Assembly: GCF_027498035.1 (NCBI RefSeq)
Contig: NZ_CP114978.1
Location: 4,015,957 to 4,079,956, forward strand
DNA length: 64,000 nucleotides
Source of the DNA: Pseudoxanthomonas sp.
GTDB lineage: Bacteria > Pseudomonadota > Gammaproteobacteria > Xanthomonadales > Xanthomonadaceae
Direction: 5' to 3'
In this document: piece by piece, positions 1-12,492 of the stretch
Position numbering within the stretch: the first letter of the stretch is position 1
Layout: the number at the start of each line of letters is the position of its first letter
The notes under the pieces: generated by a model
Databases searched by the model: none
What the model saw: the letters and a program-made list of their open reading frames with translations, nothing else
What the model was told of the DNA's origin: nothing
Position numbers and translations under genes: made by a program

Positions 1-373
1 CGCGGGTGCGACGCATGACCGCGCGGATGCGCGCCAGCAATTCGCGCGAGGAGAAAGGCTTGACCACGTAGTCGTCGACACCGGCTTCCAGGCCGCCGAC
101 GCGGTCGTTCTCTTCGCCGCGCGCGGTCAGCATGATGATCGGCACTTCGCGGGTCAGGGCGTCCTTGCGCCAGCGCCGGGCCAGCTCCAGGCCGCTGGTG
201 CCGGGCAGCATCCAGTCCAGCAGGATCAGGTCGGGCACCTTGTCGGCGATGGCGCCCTGCGCCTCGCGCGCGTCGCCGGCATGGATCGGCTCGAATTCGC
301 CCTTGCGCAGGGCGAAGGCGACCATGTCGCGGATCGCGGGCTCGTCATCGACGATCAGAATGCGTTTTTGCAC
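1..373 (-). CDS. phoB: Phosphate regulon response regulator PhoB (5' part; runs off window start)
   Basis: Manual translation from GTG at 373: MQKRILIVDDEPAIRDMVAFAL...PDLILLDWMLPG...VPIIMLTARGEE...GVDDYVVKPFS; not in ORF track because truncated. Confidence 0.93.
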   Translation of the reverse strand, partial: MQKRILIVDDEPAIRDMVAFALRKGEFEPIHAGDAREAQGAIADKVPDLILLDWMLPGTSGLELARRWRKDALTREVPIIMLTARGEENDRVGGLEAGVDDYVVKPFSSRELLARIRAVMRRTR

Positions 374-409
374 GGGTTTTTCGCCGGACTGTGGGGACAG
401 CGACAGTAG

Positions 410-437
410 ACGACAATTTTATGACTTGATTGTGACA
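410..437 (-). promoter_or_regulatory. Tandem Pho-box-like repeats upstream of phoB
   Basis: Minus strand TGTCAC-aatca-AGTCAT-aaaat-TGTCGT with 11-bp periodicity, resembling the CTGTCAT repeat. Confidence 0.7.
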
Positions 438-555
438 CTCGCCATGGGCCGCGCTGGCTCGGCTGCCTGGCAGGCGGGCGCGGGAGGACGCTCCGGCGGA
501 GTCCCCAGGATGGGACCGCCACGCGTTCTGCTCTACACAGAGTGCGCGAGCCGAC

Positions 556-2199
556 TCAGCGGTTGCCGTCCACATCCGGGTCGCGTACGCCGGCATCGCG
601 CAATTCCAGGACCTCGGGAGTCATGGCCGTAATCCGGGCCTCGACCCGGGCGCGGGCGTAGTAATCCAGGTTCTCGCGGCGTTTGAGGTTCTGCAGCTGG
701 ATCAGGGCCTGCTCCGGTCGCCCGTTCAGGTAGGCGGTCTGGGCATAGGCCTCGGCGGCCTTGACGGTATCGCCGGCCAGTTCGCAGGCACGGGCAAAGG
801 CGGCCTGGAACACCGGGTCATCGTTGCTGGCATCGAGCAGCGGCTGCAGGACGGCACGGGCCTGTTCGCCGCCGGACTTGTCGCCCTGGTCGTTGAGCAG
901 CTGGGCGAAGGTCAGCGCCACTGGCCGACTGTTGGGTGTGGCCTTGAGCAGGTCGCGGAAGCGGGCCTTGGCCGCGGCCATGTCGCCGCTCCTGGCCTGG
1001 GCGTCGGCCAGGGCAATCCCCAGCCACGCGTTCCCGGGATTTTCCTGCACCAGTTGGGCGAAGGCATTGGCCGCGACGGCGGGTTGGTTGTTGCGCAGCT
1101 GTGCCAGGGCCAGGCCGTAACGCTGGGGTGCAGTGAGTTCGCCGGTGCTGCGGCGGATGCTTTCGTATTCGCGGATGGCTTCGCCGGCAGTGTTGGCGCT
1201 GAGCACGCGCAGGCGTTCGCGCGCCCAGGGGAACAGGCCGGTGCCGCCGCTGTCGAAGCTGCTGGCTGGCAGGGTCACCTGGAAGGGCAGCAGTGGGTTG
1301 TTGCTGCGGATGCCGGCAGCGTAATTGCCTTCGCGCGGGTTGGATTCGGTGATCTTGCCGCCGGGGGTGGAGACGGTGGTGATCACGTTCTTCTCGCGCT
1401 TGAGGCGCTCGGCGCGGTCGTGCGCCTCGCTGATGCGCGAGGTGGTGACGGGATGGGTCTGCAGGTAATCGGGGGTGCGCTCGCGTTCGCCACCGCGATT
1501 GGCGCGCATCACCTGGTCCATGCGATTGAAGAAATCGGCCATCGCATCCGGGTCGTAGCCGGCGCGCTGCAGGGTGTAGATGCCGATCCGGTCGGCCTCG
1601 CTTTCGTTGGCGCGGGTGTAGTCGATCTGGCGCTGCTGCATCAGGCCCAGGCCGCTGATGAGCGCCGCCTGCGAAGCATCGCCGCTGGAGCTGCCGCCGG
1701 CCGCCTGCGCGGCCACGATCGCGCCCAGGATGCCCAGCAGGATCGGCACCTGGTCGCGCTTGGCACGCTCGACCCCGCGCAGCACGTGTTGCTGGGTGAC
1801 GTGGGCGATTTCGTGGGACAGCACCGCGGCCACTTCGTCCTCGCGTTCGGCGGTCAGGACCAGGCCCGAGTTGACCGCGATGTAGCCGCCCAGCGTGGCG
1901 AAGGCGTTGATCTGGCGGTCGCGCAGCATGAAGAAGGTGAAGGGCTGGCTGGGCCGGTCGCTGTTGGCGGCGAGCTTCCCGCCGACCTTGTCCAGCCAGT
2001 CGTCCACCAGTGGGTCATCCAGCAGGTAGCCGTAGTTGCGTAGCTCGCGCAGGGTCATCGCGCCGTACAGCTGCTGGCGTGCAGGGGTGAGCAGTTCGCC
2101 CGCGGATGATCCGATATCGGGCAGGCGGTCGACCTGCGCGTGGGCCAGTGGTGCGGCAACCAGCAGGGTCAGGGCAGCGGACAACAGGGTCGGGCGCAC
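556..2199 (-). CDS. bepA: M48 metalloprotease with TPR-like C-terminus (BepA/YfgC-like)
   Basis: HEIAH zinc motif, INAFA, ESEADRIG, YLQTHP; signal peptide after probable GTG start at 2199. Confidence 0.88.
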   Translation of the reverse strand: MRPTLLSAALTLLVAAPLAHAQVDRLPDIGSSAGELLTPARQQLYGAMTLRELRNYGYLLDDPLVDDWLDKVGGKLAANSDRPSQPFTFFMLRDRQINAFATLGGYIAVNSGLVLTAEREDEVAAVLSHEIAHVTQQHVLRGVERAKRDQVPILLGILGAIVAAQAAGGSSSGDASQAALISGLGLMQQRQIDYTRANESEADRIGIYTLQRAGYDPDAMADFFNRMDQVMRANRGGERERTPDYLQTHPVTTSRISEAHDRAERLKREKNVITTVSTPGGKITESNPREGNYAAGIRSNNPLLPFQVTLPASSFDSGGTGLFPWARERLRVLSANTAGEAIREYESIRRSTGELTAPQRYGLALAQLRNNQPAVAANAFAQLVQENPGNAWLGIALADAQARSGDMAAAKARFRDLLKATPNSRPVALTFAQLLNDQGDKSGGEQARAVLQPLLDASNDDPVFQAAFARACELAGDTVKAAEAYAQTAYLNGRPEQALIQLQNLKRRENLDYYARARVEARITAMTPEVLELRDAGVRDPDVDGNR

Positions 2200-2335
2200 G
2201 CGGGAATTCCGTCCGGGGAAAGGTCCAGGCCGGCGCAGGATGGCCGGCGCCGGGGTCTTGCGAGTGAATCGGTGGTTAATCCGCAGCGTTGCATGCCCAG
2301 CTCTGGTTTGGTGCCGCCATGCCACCATGATGCAT

Positions 2336-2362
2336 TCAGACCTTTCACCGTGCGGAGAATTC
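2336..2362 (-). promoter_or_regulatory. Candidate sigmaE promoter for bepA
   Basis: Minus strand GAATTC-N16-TCTGA versus consensus GAACTT-N16-TCTGA. Confidence 0.4.
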
Positions 2363-2365
2363 CCC

Positions 2366-2635
2366 ATGAGCACTCCCGAGATCACCATCTATTCCACTGC
2401 GGTGTGCCCGTACTGCGTGGCCGCCAAGAATTTCCTCAAGTCCAAGGGCCAGACCTGGACCGAGGTGCGCATCGACACCGATCCGGTCGAACGCGAAAAA
2501 ATGATGGCCAAGACCCGCCGCACCAGCGTGCCGCAGATCTTCATCGGCGAAACCCACGTCGGTGGCTACGACGACATGATGGCCCTGCACCGTGCGGGCG
2601 GCCTGGAGCCGCTGCTGGCCGGGAGCAGCGCATGA
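2366..2635 (+). CDS. grxC: Glutaredoxin 3
   Basis: CPYC active site, SVPQIFIG, GGYDD. Confidence 0.95.
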   Translation: MSTPEITIYSTAVCPYCVAAKNFLKSKGQTWTEVRIDTDPVEREKMMAKTRRTSVPQIFIGETHVGGYDDMMALHRAGGLEPLLAGSSA

Positions 2636-3030
2636 GCCAGCCCAGTGGCGAGAGCGAACAGGACCGCGTCCAGGCGTTCACTGAATTCCGCCAGCGCATG
2701 AACAAGCAGATCCTGGCCGAGCCCAACCAGGTCGTGCGCCGGTTCTTCGCGCTGGATACCCAGACCTACCAGGCCGGCGCGCTGGACGTGAAGACCAAGG
2801 AGTTGTTGGGCCTGGTGGCTTCGATGGTGCTGCGTTGCGACGACTGCATCAGCTACCACGTGGCCCAGTGCAAGGAAGTCGGCGTGACCCGCGAGGAGTT
2901 CTTCGAGACCTTCTCGGTCGGTCTGGTGGTCGGTGGGTCGATCGTGATCCCGCACCTGCGCCGGGCGGTGGATTTCCTGGACCAGCTCGAAGGCGGCGCG
3001 CCGGCACCGGCAGTGCACGACCACGGCTGA
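2632..3030 (+). CDS. Carboxymuconolactone decarboxylase / AhpD-like protein
   Basis: LDVKTKELLGLVASMVLRCDDCISYH (CxxC); ATGA overlap with grxC. Confidence 0.85.
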   Translation: MSQPSGESEQDRVQAFTEFRQRMNKQILAEPNQVVRRFFALDTQTYQAGALDVKTKELLGLVASMVLRCDDCISYHVAQCKEVGVTREEFFETFSVGLVVGGSIVIPHLRRAVDFLDQLEGGAPAPAVHDHG

Positions 3031-3107
3031 TCCGCGCAGATCGGCCAGGAACCAGGTATGTATTCGTGATGCATACCTGAATGCGCGTACTTTATTTTGA
3101 TGACAAG

Positions 3108-3150
3108 AAGGCTGCGAAATTGCGATTTTTCATCGCATTTCGCGGCTTTT
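3108..3150 (+). terminator. Long hairpin followed by T-rich tract downstream of the grxC operon
   Basis: aaggctgcgaaattgcgat / atcgcatttcgcggcttt, then T-rich sequence. Confidence 0.45.
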
Positions 3151-3268
3151 ATCGTTTTTCGATCGAGAGGGCCATTTGGGAGGATCTCGCCAGATCGGGC
3201 ATACTTTGTCCACAACATCCTCCCAGTGCCCGCCATTGCGGCGCGGCGCGCTTAGTTCGGAAACTCTC

Positions 3269-4276
3269 ATGACGCAAACGATTACGGTCATCCGCGGCGA
3301 CGGCATCGGCCCGGAAATCATGGACGCAACCTTGTTCGTCCTGGATGCACTCAAGACCGGCCTGTCCTTTGAAGATGCCGACGCCGGCCTGGTCGCGCTG
3401 GAAAAGCACGGCGAGTTGCTGCCGGCCGAAACCCTCGCGTCCATCCAGAAGAACAAGATCGCGCTGAAGAGCCCGCTGACCACGCCGGTCGGCGAGGGCT
3501 TTACGTCGATCAACGTGACCTTGCGCCGGCATTTCGATCTGTACGCCAATGTGCGTCCGGCGATCTCGTTCCCGAACACCAAGTCGCGCTTCGGTACCGG
3601 CGTGGACCTGATCACCGTGCGCGAGAACACCGAAGGCGCCTACCTGAGCGAAGGCCAGGAAGTTTCGGCCGACGGCGAGACCGCCATCTCGATGACCCGC
3701 GTGACCCGCACCGGCTCCGAGCGCATCGTGCGCTATGCCTTCGAGCTGGCACGCGCCACCGGTCGCAAGAAGGTGACCCTGGTCCACAAGGCCAACATCA
3801 TCAAGTCGACCTCGGGCCTGTTCCTGAAGGTTGGCCGCGAAGTGGCCGCGCAGTACCCGGACATCGAGTGCAACGAGATGATCGTGGACAACACCTGCAT
3901 GCAGCTGGTGATGCGTCCGGAGCAGTTCGACATCATCGTGACCACCAACCTGTTTGGCGACATCTTGTCGGACCTGTGCGCCGGCCTGGTTGGCGGCCTG
4001 GGCCTGGCGCCGGGCGCCAATATCGGCACCGAGGCGGCGATCTTCGAAGCCGTGCACGGCTCGGCCCCGGATATCGCAGGGCAGGGCAAGGCCAATCCGT
4101 GCGCGCTGCTGCTGGCTGCTGCGCAGATGCTGGATCACGTTGGCCAGCCGGACAATGCCACGCGCCTGCGCAAGGCCATCGTCGCCACGCTGGAAGCCAA
4201 GGATTCGGTCACCCCGGACCTGGGCGGCACCGGCAACACGATGGGCTTTGCCAAGGCGATCGCTAGCCGCGTCTGA
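3269..4276 (+). CDS. icd: Isocitrate dehydrogenase, NAD-dependent type (isocitrate/isopropylmalate dehydrogenase family)
   Basis: GDGIGPEI, RENTEGAY, VHKANI, NLFGDILSDL, EAVHGSAPDIAG. Confidence 0.9.
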   Translation: MTQTITVIRGDGIGPEIMDATLFVLDALKTGLSFEDADAGLVALEKHGELLPAETLASIQKNKIALKSPLTTPVGEGFTSINVTLRRHFDLYANVRPAISFPNTKSRFGTGVDLITVRENTEGAYLSEGQEVSADGETAISMTRVTRTGSERIVRYAFELARATGRKKVTLVHKANIIKSTSGLFLKVGREVAAQYPDIECNEMIVDNTCMQLVMRPEQFDIIVTTNLFGDILSDLCAGLVGGLGLAPGANIGTEAAIFEAVHGSAPDIAGQGKANPCALLLAAAQMLDHVGQPDNATRLRKAIVATLEAKDSVTPDLGGTGNTMGFAKAIASRV

Positions 4277-4298
4277 TCGACCGCGAATGCTGGAAACG

Positions 4299-4326
4299 AA
4301 GAAGGGCGCCGCAAGGCGCCCTTCTT
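4299..4326. terminator. Bidirectional intrinsic terminator
   Basis: aagaagggcgcc-gcaa-ggcgcccttctt between convergent genes. Confidence 0.85.
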
Positions 4327-4367
4327 GTTTACCTCGCCTCGCAACTGTGGCGAGACGATGGTTTGGA

Positions 4368-5144
4368 TCAGTTGCGCGACTGCAGCTTGGACAGCAGGCG
4401 CAGGAATTCCACATACAGCCACACCAGCGTGACCATCAGGCCGAAGGCGCCGTACCACTCCATGTACTTCGGTGCGCCAGCCTCCACGCCGCTTTCGATG
4501 AAGTCGAAATCCAGCACCAGGTTCAGGGTGGCAATCACCACCACGACCAGGCTGAAGCCGATGCCGATCACGCCAGAGCCGTGCACGTAGGACACGTTCA
4601 TGCCGAACATCTGCATGACCATCGTGCCCAGGTACACCAGGAAGATGCCGCCGGTGGCTGCGACCACGCCCAGCTTGAAGTTCTCGGTCGCCTTGATCAG
4701 GCCGCTGCGGTAGGCCATCAGCAGCGCGAACAGCGTGCCGAAGGTCAGCAGCACGGCCTGGAACACGATGCCGTGGAACTTCAGCTCGTACATCGCCGAG
4801 ACCGAGCCCAGGAAGAAGCCTTCCACCAGTGCATACAGCGGCGCGGTGACGGGTGACCATGTCTTCTTGAACGTGGTGACCAGGGCCAGGATGAAGCCGC
4901 CGATGGCGCCGCCCAGCATGTAGCCGATCACGCCGGCCGAGGGGGCCATTTCGCCATTGGCCAGGGGTACGGTCGACTGGTTCCAGGCAAAGGCCGCCGT
5001 GATCAGGCTCAGCAACAACAGAAAGCCGGTCTTGTTGACCGTGCCGTTCAAGGTCATCGCCCCGCCATCGCGGGTGACCACCGTGCCGGTGCCAAGGTCG
5101 AGGAAGGTGGACTCTTTCAGAGTCGGATTGCCGCTGCGGATCAT
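4368..5144 (-). CDS. Bax inhibitor-1/YccA family membrane protein
   Basis: Multiple hydrophobic segments; C-terminal LVLDFDFIE...EWYGAFGLMVTLVWLYVEFLRLL. Confidence 0.88.
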   Translation of the reverse strand: MIRSGNPTLKESTFLDLGTGTVVTRDGGAMTLNGTVNKTGFLLLLSLITAAFAWNQSTVPLANGEMAPSAGVIGYMLGGAIGGFILALVTTFKKTWSPVTAPLYALVEGFFLGSVSAMYELKFHGIVFQAVLLTFGTLFALLMAYRSGLIKATENFKLGVVAATGGIFLVYLGTMVMQMFGMNVSYVHGSGVIGIGFSLVVVVIATLNLVLDFDFIESGVEAGAPKYMEWYGAFGLMVTLVWLYVEFLRLLSKLQSRN

Positions 5145-5184
5145 TGCGTTTCCTTAGGCCGTCATCCATCCATGGATCATTGAC

Positions 5185-5271
<87 letters not shown>

Positions 5272-5356
5272 AGTTCATGTGCATTCTACCTGTGCGCAGC
5301 ATCCGTGGCGGCTGACGATCATGAAATCGTGCACGATGCGCCCGTGCGATCAGGAT

Positions 5357-5394
5357 GAAAAGAAAAAGGCACCAGGATTTCTCCTGGTGCCTTT
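5357..5394 (-). terminator. Intrinsic terminator after tRNA-Lys
   Basis: aaaggcaccagga / tcctggtgccttt stem followed by U-run on minus strand. Confidence 0.8.
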
Positions 5395-5401
5395 CCTTGT
5401 T

Positions 5402-5477
5402 TGGTGGGCCGTCAAGGATTCGAACCTTGGACCTATTGATTAAGAGTCAACTGCTCTACCAACTGAGCTAACGGCCC
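5402..5477 (-). tRNA. tRNA-Lys(CTT)
   Basis: Cloverleaf, anticodon CT-CTT-AA, CCA. Confidence 0.96.
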
Positions 5478-5493
5478 CGAAAACTGGTCGCGC

Positions 5494-5521
5494 AGTATAC
5501 GCGATGAATCCGGATCTGCAA
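5494..5521 (-). promoter_or_regulatory. Candidate sigma70 promoter for tRNA-Lys
   Basis: TTGCAG-N16-TATACT. Confidence 0.5.
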
Positions 5522-5550
5522 CACCCTTGCGGGAAGAAATCCTGCGGGAG

Positions 5551-5628
5551 TGGGGTGGCTGAGGGGACTCGAACCCCCGACATCTGGAATCACAATCCAG
5601 TACTCTAACCAACTGAGCTACAGCCACC
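5551..5628 (-). tRNA. tRNA-His(GTG)
   Basis: Cloverleaf with G-1, anticodon TT-GTG-AT, CCA. Confidence 0.96.
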
Positions 5629-5669
5629 ACATGTACCGCTTTACCACGCCCGCCTTGCCGCCGATGGAT

Positions 5670-5746
5670 TGGCGCGCCCGACAGGAATCGAACCTGTAAC
5701 CGCCGGCTTAGAAGGCCGGTGCTCTATCCAGTTGAGCTACGGGCGC
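5670..5746 (-). tRNA. tRNA-Arg(TCT)
   Basis: Cloverleaf, anticodon CT-TCT-AA, CCA. Confidence 0.96.
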
Positions 5747-5795
5747 CCGGCTGGAATTGCACCCGGACTTAGATCTGCATGGCCCACTGCTTGGA

Positions 5796-5872
5796 TGGTC
5801 GGGGTAGAGGGATTCGAACTCTCGACATCCTGCTCCCAAAGCAGGCGCGCTACCAGGCTGCGCTATACCCCG
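5796..5872 (-). tRNA. tRNA-Pro(TGG)
   Basis: Cloverleaf, anticodon TT-TGG-GA, CCA. Confidence 0.95.
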
Positions 5873-5938
5873 GAAACACTCAAGCGGGCCGGCAACTTGC
5901 CGGTCCTTGCCAGCGACGGGTCGCCGGAAAGGACGCGT

Positions 5939-5967
5939 ATTGTCTGGATCGAAAGCGCACCTGTCAA
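5939..5967 (-). promoter_or_regulatory. Candidate sigma70 promoter of the tRNA cluster
   Basis: TTGACA-N17-GACAAT followed by GC-rich discriminator. Confidence 0.6.
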
Positions 5968-6123
5968 CGAAAACCGTAGCTTCTGTGGTCAAACCGCGTT
6001 TGATCAGCGAAACTAGCGCGTTCGGCAAGGGTGAAAGCGTTCTTGAGCGCCTCCGCACCCGGGCCACTCCCTTTCCCAACGATGACCCGTGGCCTCGAGG
6101 CTGCGGTTGCAGGAGCCAGTGAC

Positions 6124-7416
6124 ATGACCGTTTCCGTCGAATCGATCGGCAGCCTTGGGCGCCGCATGAGTTTCACTCTGCCGGCCGAGCGCCTGGATAC
6201 CCATATCGGTGGCCGCCTGCGCGAGCTCAGCCGCACCGTGCGCATCAAGGGCTTCCGCCCGGGCAAGGTGCCGCCGAAGGTGATCGAGCAGCGCTTCGGC
6301 AAGCAGGTCCGCGCCGAGGCGCTGGATGGCCTGCTGCGCGAAACCTTCGACTCGGCCGTGCGCGACCAGTCGCTGCAGCTGGCCGGCAATCCGCGCCTGG
6401 AACCGGCGGGCGAAGGCGAACTGGAGTGGGTTGCCACCTTTGAAGTGGTGCCGGACTTCGGTGACATCGACGTCTCCAAGCTCAATGTCGTGCGCCACAC
6501 CTCGGAAGTGACCGACGCCGACATCGAGCAGATGATCGAAAACCTGCGCCTGCAGCGCCGCACCTTCGCGCCGGTCGAGCGCGCTGCCGCCGAAGGTGAC
6601 CGCGTGGCCCTGGAAACCTGGTCGCAGGCTGGCGAAGAGCGCCTGCCGGCAGAGGGCTTCGAGACGGGTGCGACCCTGATCGGGTCGGGCGTGATGTTCG
6701 CCGACATCGAAAAGGCCCTGATCGGCATGGCCAAGGGTGAGGAAAAGGAAATCACCGTCGCGTTCCCGGCTGACTGGCGCGTGCCGCAGCTCGCGGGCAA
6801 GAGTGTCCAGGTGCACCTGAAGGTCACCGATGTCTCTGAATCGGTGCTGCCGGTGGTGGACAAGGACTTCATCAGGAGCTTTGGCGTGAAAGCTGGCGAC
6901 GAAACCCAGTTCCGCGCCGATATCCGCACCAACCTGGAGCGCGAGCTCAAGGGCGCGCTGGCCAACCGCCTGCGCCGTGAAGTGGGTGAGCAGCTGATTG
7001 CGGCCTATGCCTCGGTCGAGATGCCCGAACGCCTGGTCGACAACGAAGCCCGCGCGATGCTGGGCCAGCAGGTTGAGCAGGCTCGCCGCCAGGGCCAGAA
7101 CGTGCAGCCGGCGGAGGGCGCGCACGAAGGCTTCAAGGACGCCGCCCGCAAGCGTGTGCTGGTCGGCCTGCTGGTGGGCGAAGTTGCCCGTCGCAACGAG
7201 CTGCGCCTGGATCCCAAGCGCGTGCAGGAAACCATGCGCCTGATCGCCTCGACCTACGAAGAGCCCGAGCAGGTCATTGAGTTGTACCGCAACGATCCCC
7301 AGATGATGTCCGGGCTGCAGTCCCGCGTGATGGAAGAGCAGGTGATCGACTGGATCGCTGAGCGCGCCCAGCACGACGAACAGGCACTGTCGTTCCAGGA
7401 CGCCATCCGGCAGTAA
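6124..7416 (+). CDS. tig: Trigger factor
   Basis: GFRPGKVP signature, FKBP-like domain; upstream of clpP. Confidence 0.96.
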   Translation: MTVSVESIGSLGRRMSFTLPAERLDTHIGGRLRELSRTVRIKGFRPGKVPPKVIEQRFGKQVRAEALDGLLRETFDSAVRDQSLQLAGNPRLEPAGEGELEWVATFEVVPDFGDIDVSKLNVVRHTSEVTDADIEQMIENLRLQRRTFAPVERAAAEGDRVALETWSQAGEERLPAEGFETGATLIGSGVMFADIEKALIGMAKGEEKEITVAFPADWRVPQLAGKSVQVHLKVTDVSESVLPVVDKDFIRSFGVKAGDETQFRADIRTNLERELKGALANRLRREVGEQLIAAYASVEMPERLVDNEARAMLGQQVEQARRQGQNVQPAEGAHEGFKDAARKRVLVGLLVGEVARRNELRLDPKRVQETMRLIASTYEEPEQVIELYRNDPQMMSGLQSRVMEEQVIDWIAERAQHDEQALSFQDAIRQ

Positions 7417-7534
7417 CGGCGCTTGGTTTCGCCATCGGTCCGGTCCCTTCCGGGGCTGGACCGGTTCAATGAGGCGGGATCCGGCAACTCCACGCACGCA
7501 AGTGCGGATCCAACAATGAAAGGTGCCTCACTCC

Positions 7535-8161
7535 ATGGATAACCTGACCAAGGCCTTGAATCTCGTTCCGATGGTGGTCGAGCAGACCAGCCGCGGCGAG
7601 CGCGCCTACGACATCTATTCGCGCCTGCTGAAGGAGCGTGTGATCTTCCTGGTGGGCGGTGTGGACGACCACGTGGCCAACGTCATCGTGGCGCAGATGC
7701 TGTTCCTCGAAGCCGAAAATCCCGAGAAGGACATCAGCCTGTACATCAACTCGCCCGGTGGCGTGGTGACCGCAGGCATGGCCATCTACGACACCATGCA
7801 GTACATCAAGCCCGATGTGAGCACGATCTGCCTGGGCCAGGCGGCCAGCATGGGCGCGCTGCTGCTGGCGGCCGGTGCGGCAGGCAAGCGCTATGCGCTG
7901 CCCAACTCGCGCGTGATGATCCACCAGCCGCTGGGCGGCTTCCAGGGCCAGGCCACGGACATCGACATTCATGCCCGTGAAATTCTGACCCTGCGCCACA
8001 AGCTCAACGAGATCCTGGCCAAGCACACCGGCCAGTCGCTGGAAACCATCGCTCGCGACACCGAGCGCGACAACTTCAAGAGCTCCTTCGACGCCAAGGC
8101 CTACGGCCTGGTCGATGAGGTGCTGGAGCGTCGTCCGGACGAGCTGATCCAGTCTGCCTGA
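7535..8161 (+). CDS. clpP: ATP-dependent Clp protease proteolytic subunit
   Basis: [34 protein letters not shown]. Confidence 0.97.
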   Translation: MDNLTKALNLVPMVVEQTSRGERAYDIYSRLLKERVIFLVGGVDDHVANVIVAQMLFLEAENPEKDISLYINSPGGVVTAGMAIYDTMQYIKPDVSTICLGQAASMGALLLAAGAAGKRYALPNSRVMIHQPLGGFQGQATDIDIHAREILTLRHKLNEILAKHTGQSLETIARDTERDNFKSSFDAKAYGLVDEVLERRPDELIQSA

Positions 8162-8406
8162 GCGGACTGAGGCTGGATTGCCAGGCCAGCAGGGTCCTCG
8201 CGCGCCGGGCGGCAACGTGCCGGCGCGCAGTGTTTCCAGGAGATGCAGGTCTGCGCTCCGTCGTCGGCCCGGGAATTGCATGCGGGTTTCTGCGTTCCGC
8301 AGGCAGATTCCATGCCCGGGGGTACCGGGCGCCACCGGCGTCAAACCGGTGCTATTCTCGAATTCGAATGCCCCTGCGGGGGCCGCAGTGAGTGGGTAAA
8401 ACAAGC

Positions 8407-9693
8407 ATGAGCGAAGACCGCCAAGGCCGTTCCGGCGACAGTAACAAGATCCTGTACTGCTCGTTCTGCGGTAAGAGTCAGCACGAGGTCCGCAAGCTGA
8501 TCGCGGGCCCGAGCGTGTTCATCTGCGATGAATGCGTCGAGCTGTGCAACGACATCATCCGCGAGGAGCTCGAGGAAAAAGCCCAGTCGGCCCGCAGTTC
8601 GCTGCCCAAGCCGCGCGAAATCCTCGAAGTGCTGGACCAGTACGTGATCGGCCAGCAGCGCGCCAAGCGCACGCTCGCCGTGGCCGTGTACAACCACTAC
8701 AAGCGCATCGAGAGCCGCCAGAAGAGCGACGAGGTCGAACTGGCCAAGTCCAACATCCTGCTGGCTGGCCCGACCGGTTCGGGCAAGACGCTGCTGGCTG
8801 AAACGCTGGCGCGCCTGCTCAACGTGCCGTTCACCATTGCCGACGCCACCACCCTGACCGAAGCCGGTTACGTGGGCGAGGATGTGGAAAACATCATCCA
8901 GAAGCTGCTGCAGAAGTGCGACTACGACGTCGACAAGGCGCAGCAGGGCATCGTCTACATCGATGAAATCGACAAGATCTCGCGCAAGAGCGAGAACCCG
9001 TCGATCACCCGTGACGTGTCCGGTGAAGGCGTGCAGCAGGCGCTGCTGAAGCTGATCGAAGGCACCGTGGCCAGTGTGCCGCCGCAGGGTGGCCGCAAGC
9101 ACCCGCAGCAGGAATTCCTGCAGGTCGACACCAAGAACATCCTGTTCATCTGCGGTGGTGCATTCGCCGGCCTGGACAAGATCATCCAGGCGCGGTCGAC
9201 CGAAGCCAGCGGGATCGGCTTTGGCGCCAAGGTGAAGTCCTCCGAGAAGCGTCCGGAGATCGGCAAGGTGCTGTCCGAGGTCGAGCCGGAAGACCTGATC
9301 AAGTTCGGCCTGATTCCCGAGTTCGTCGGCCGCCTGCCGGTCGTGGCGACGCTGGAAGAGCTGGACGAGCCGGCGCTGATCAAGATCCTGACCGAGCCCA
9401 AGAACGCCATCACCAAGCAGTTCAAGCGCTTGTTCGACATGGAAGGCGTGGAGCTGGAGTTCCGCCCCGATGCGCTGTCGGCGATCGCCAAGAAGGCGCT
9501 CAAGCGCAAGACCGGCGCCCGTGGCCTGCGCACCATCGTCGAGTCGGTGCTGCTGGACACCATGTACGACCTGCCGTCGCTGGAAAATGTCGGCAAGGTG
9601 GTCGTGGATGAGTCGGTGATCGAGCACAAGTCCGAGCCCTACCTGATCTACCAGAACCCGCCGGCGCCGCCGAAGGTCGCTTCGGCTGAATGA
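8407..9693 (+). CDS. clpX: Clp protease ATP-binding subunit ClpX
   Basis: CSFCGK zinc finger, [11 protein letters not shown] loop, [10 protein letters not shown]. Confidence 0.97.
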   Translation: MSEDRQGRSGDSNKILYCSFCGKSQHEVRKLIAGPSVFICDECVELCNDIIREELEEKAQSARSSLPKPREILEVLDQYVIGQQRAKRTLAVAVYNHYKRIESRQKSDEVELAKSNILLAGPTGSGKTLLAETLARLLNVPFTIADATTLTEAGYVGEDVENIIQKLLQKCDYDVDKAQQGIVYIDEIDKISRKSENPSITRDVSGEGVQQALLKLIEGTVASVPPQGGRKHPQQEFLQVDTKNILFICGGAFAGLDKIIQARSTEASGIGFGAKVKSSEKRPEIGKVLSEVEPEDLIKFGLIPEFVGRLPVVATLEELDEPALIKILTEPKNAITKQFKRLFDMEGVELEFRPDALSAIAKKALKRKTGARGLRTIVESVLLDTMYDLPSLENVGKVVVDESVIEHKSEPYLIYQNPPAPPKVASAE

Positions 9694-9733
9694 AGCACTA
9701 AGTTCTTGATCGGGCAGGGGGTTCAGATTCCCG

Positions 9734-9760
9734 CTTGCATCACCTCACCAATGGCCCCAT
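9734..9760 (+). promoter_or_regulatory. Candidate sigma32 (heat-shock) promoter of lon
   Basis: CTTGCA-N15-CCCCAT versus consensus CTTGAA-N13-15-CCCCAT. Confidence 0.6.
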
Positions 9761-9838
9761 AACGGGGCCATTGGCATATTTGCGGCATGGTTTTCGCGTT
9801 GCTTCGAATTGTCCCCTGACCTCTTTCTGGAGCCCCCC

Positions 9839-12283
<2,445 letters not shown>

Positions 12284-12344
12284 AATGATGCGGTTCATGT
12301 AACCGAAAACCGGCTGAAACCCGCGCCGTTATTGGGATTTTTGG

Positions 12345-12373
12345 TTGCGATACAGGGGTGTCGCTGGTATAAA
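12345..12373 (+). promoter_or_regulatory. Candidate sigma70 promoter of hupB
   Basis: TTGCGA-N17-TATAAA with TGn extension. Confidence 0.6.
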
Positions 12374-12492
12374 AGCCGCACCCCGCAGGCAGCCATCCGG
12401 ATGCCTGGTCCGGGATCCAGCCGGCCCGCAGCGGCGCAAGCCCCGGGCCGGTCACTCATTCAGCGGTTCCCTACCGCACCTGGAGTAACTCA

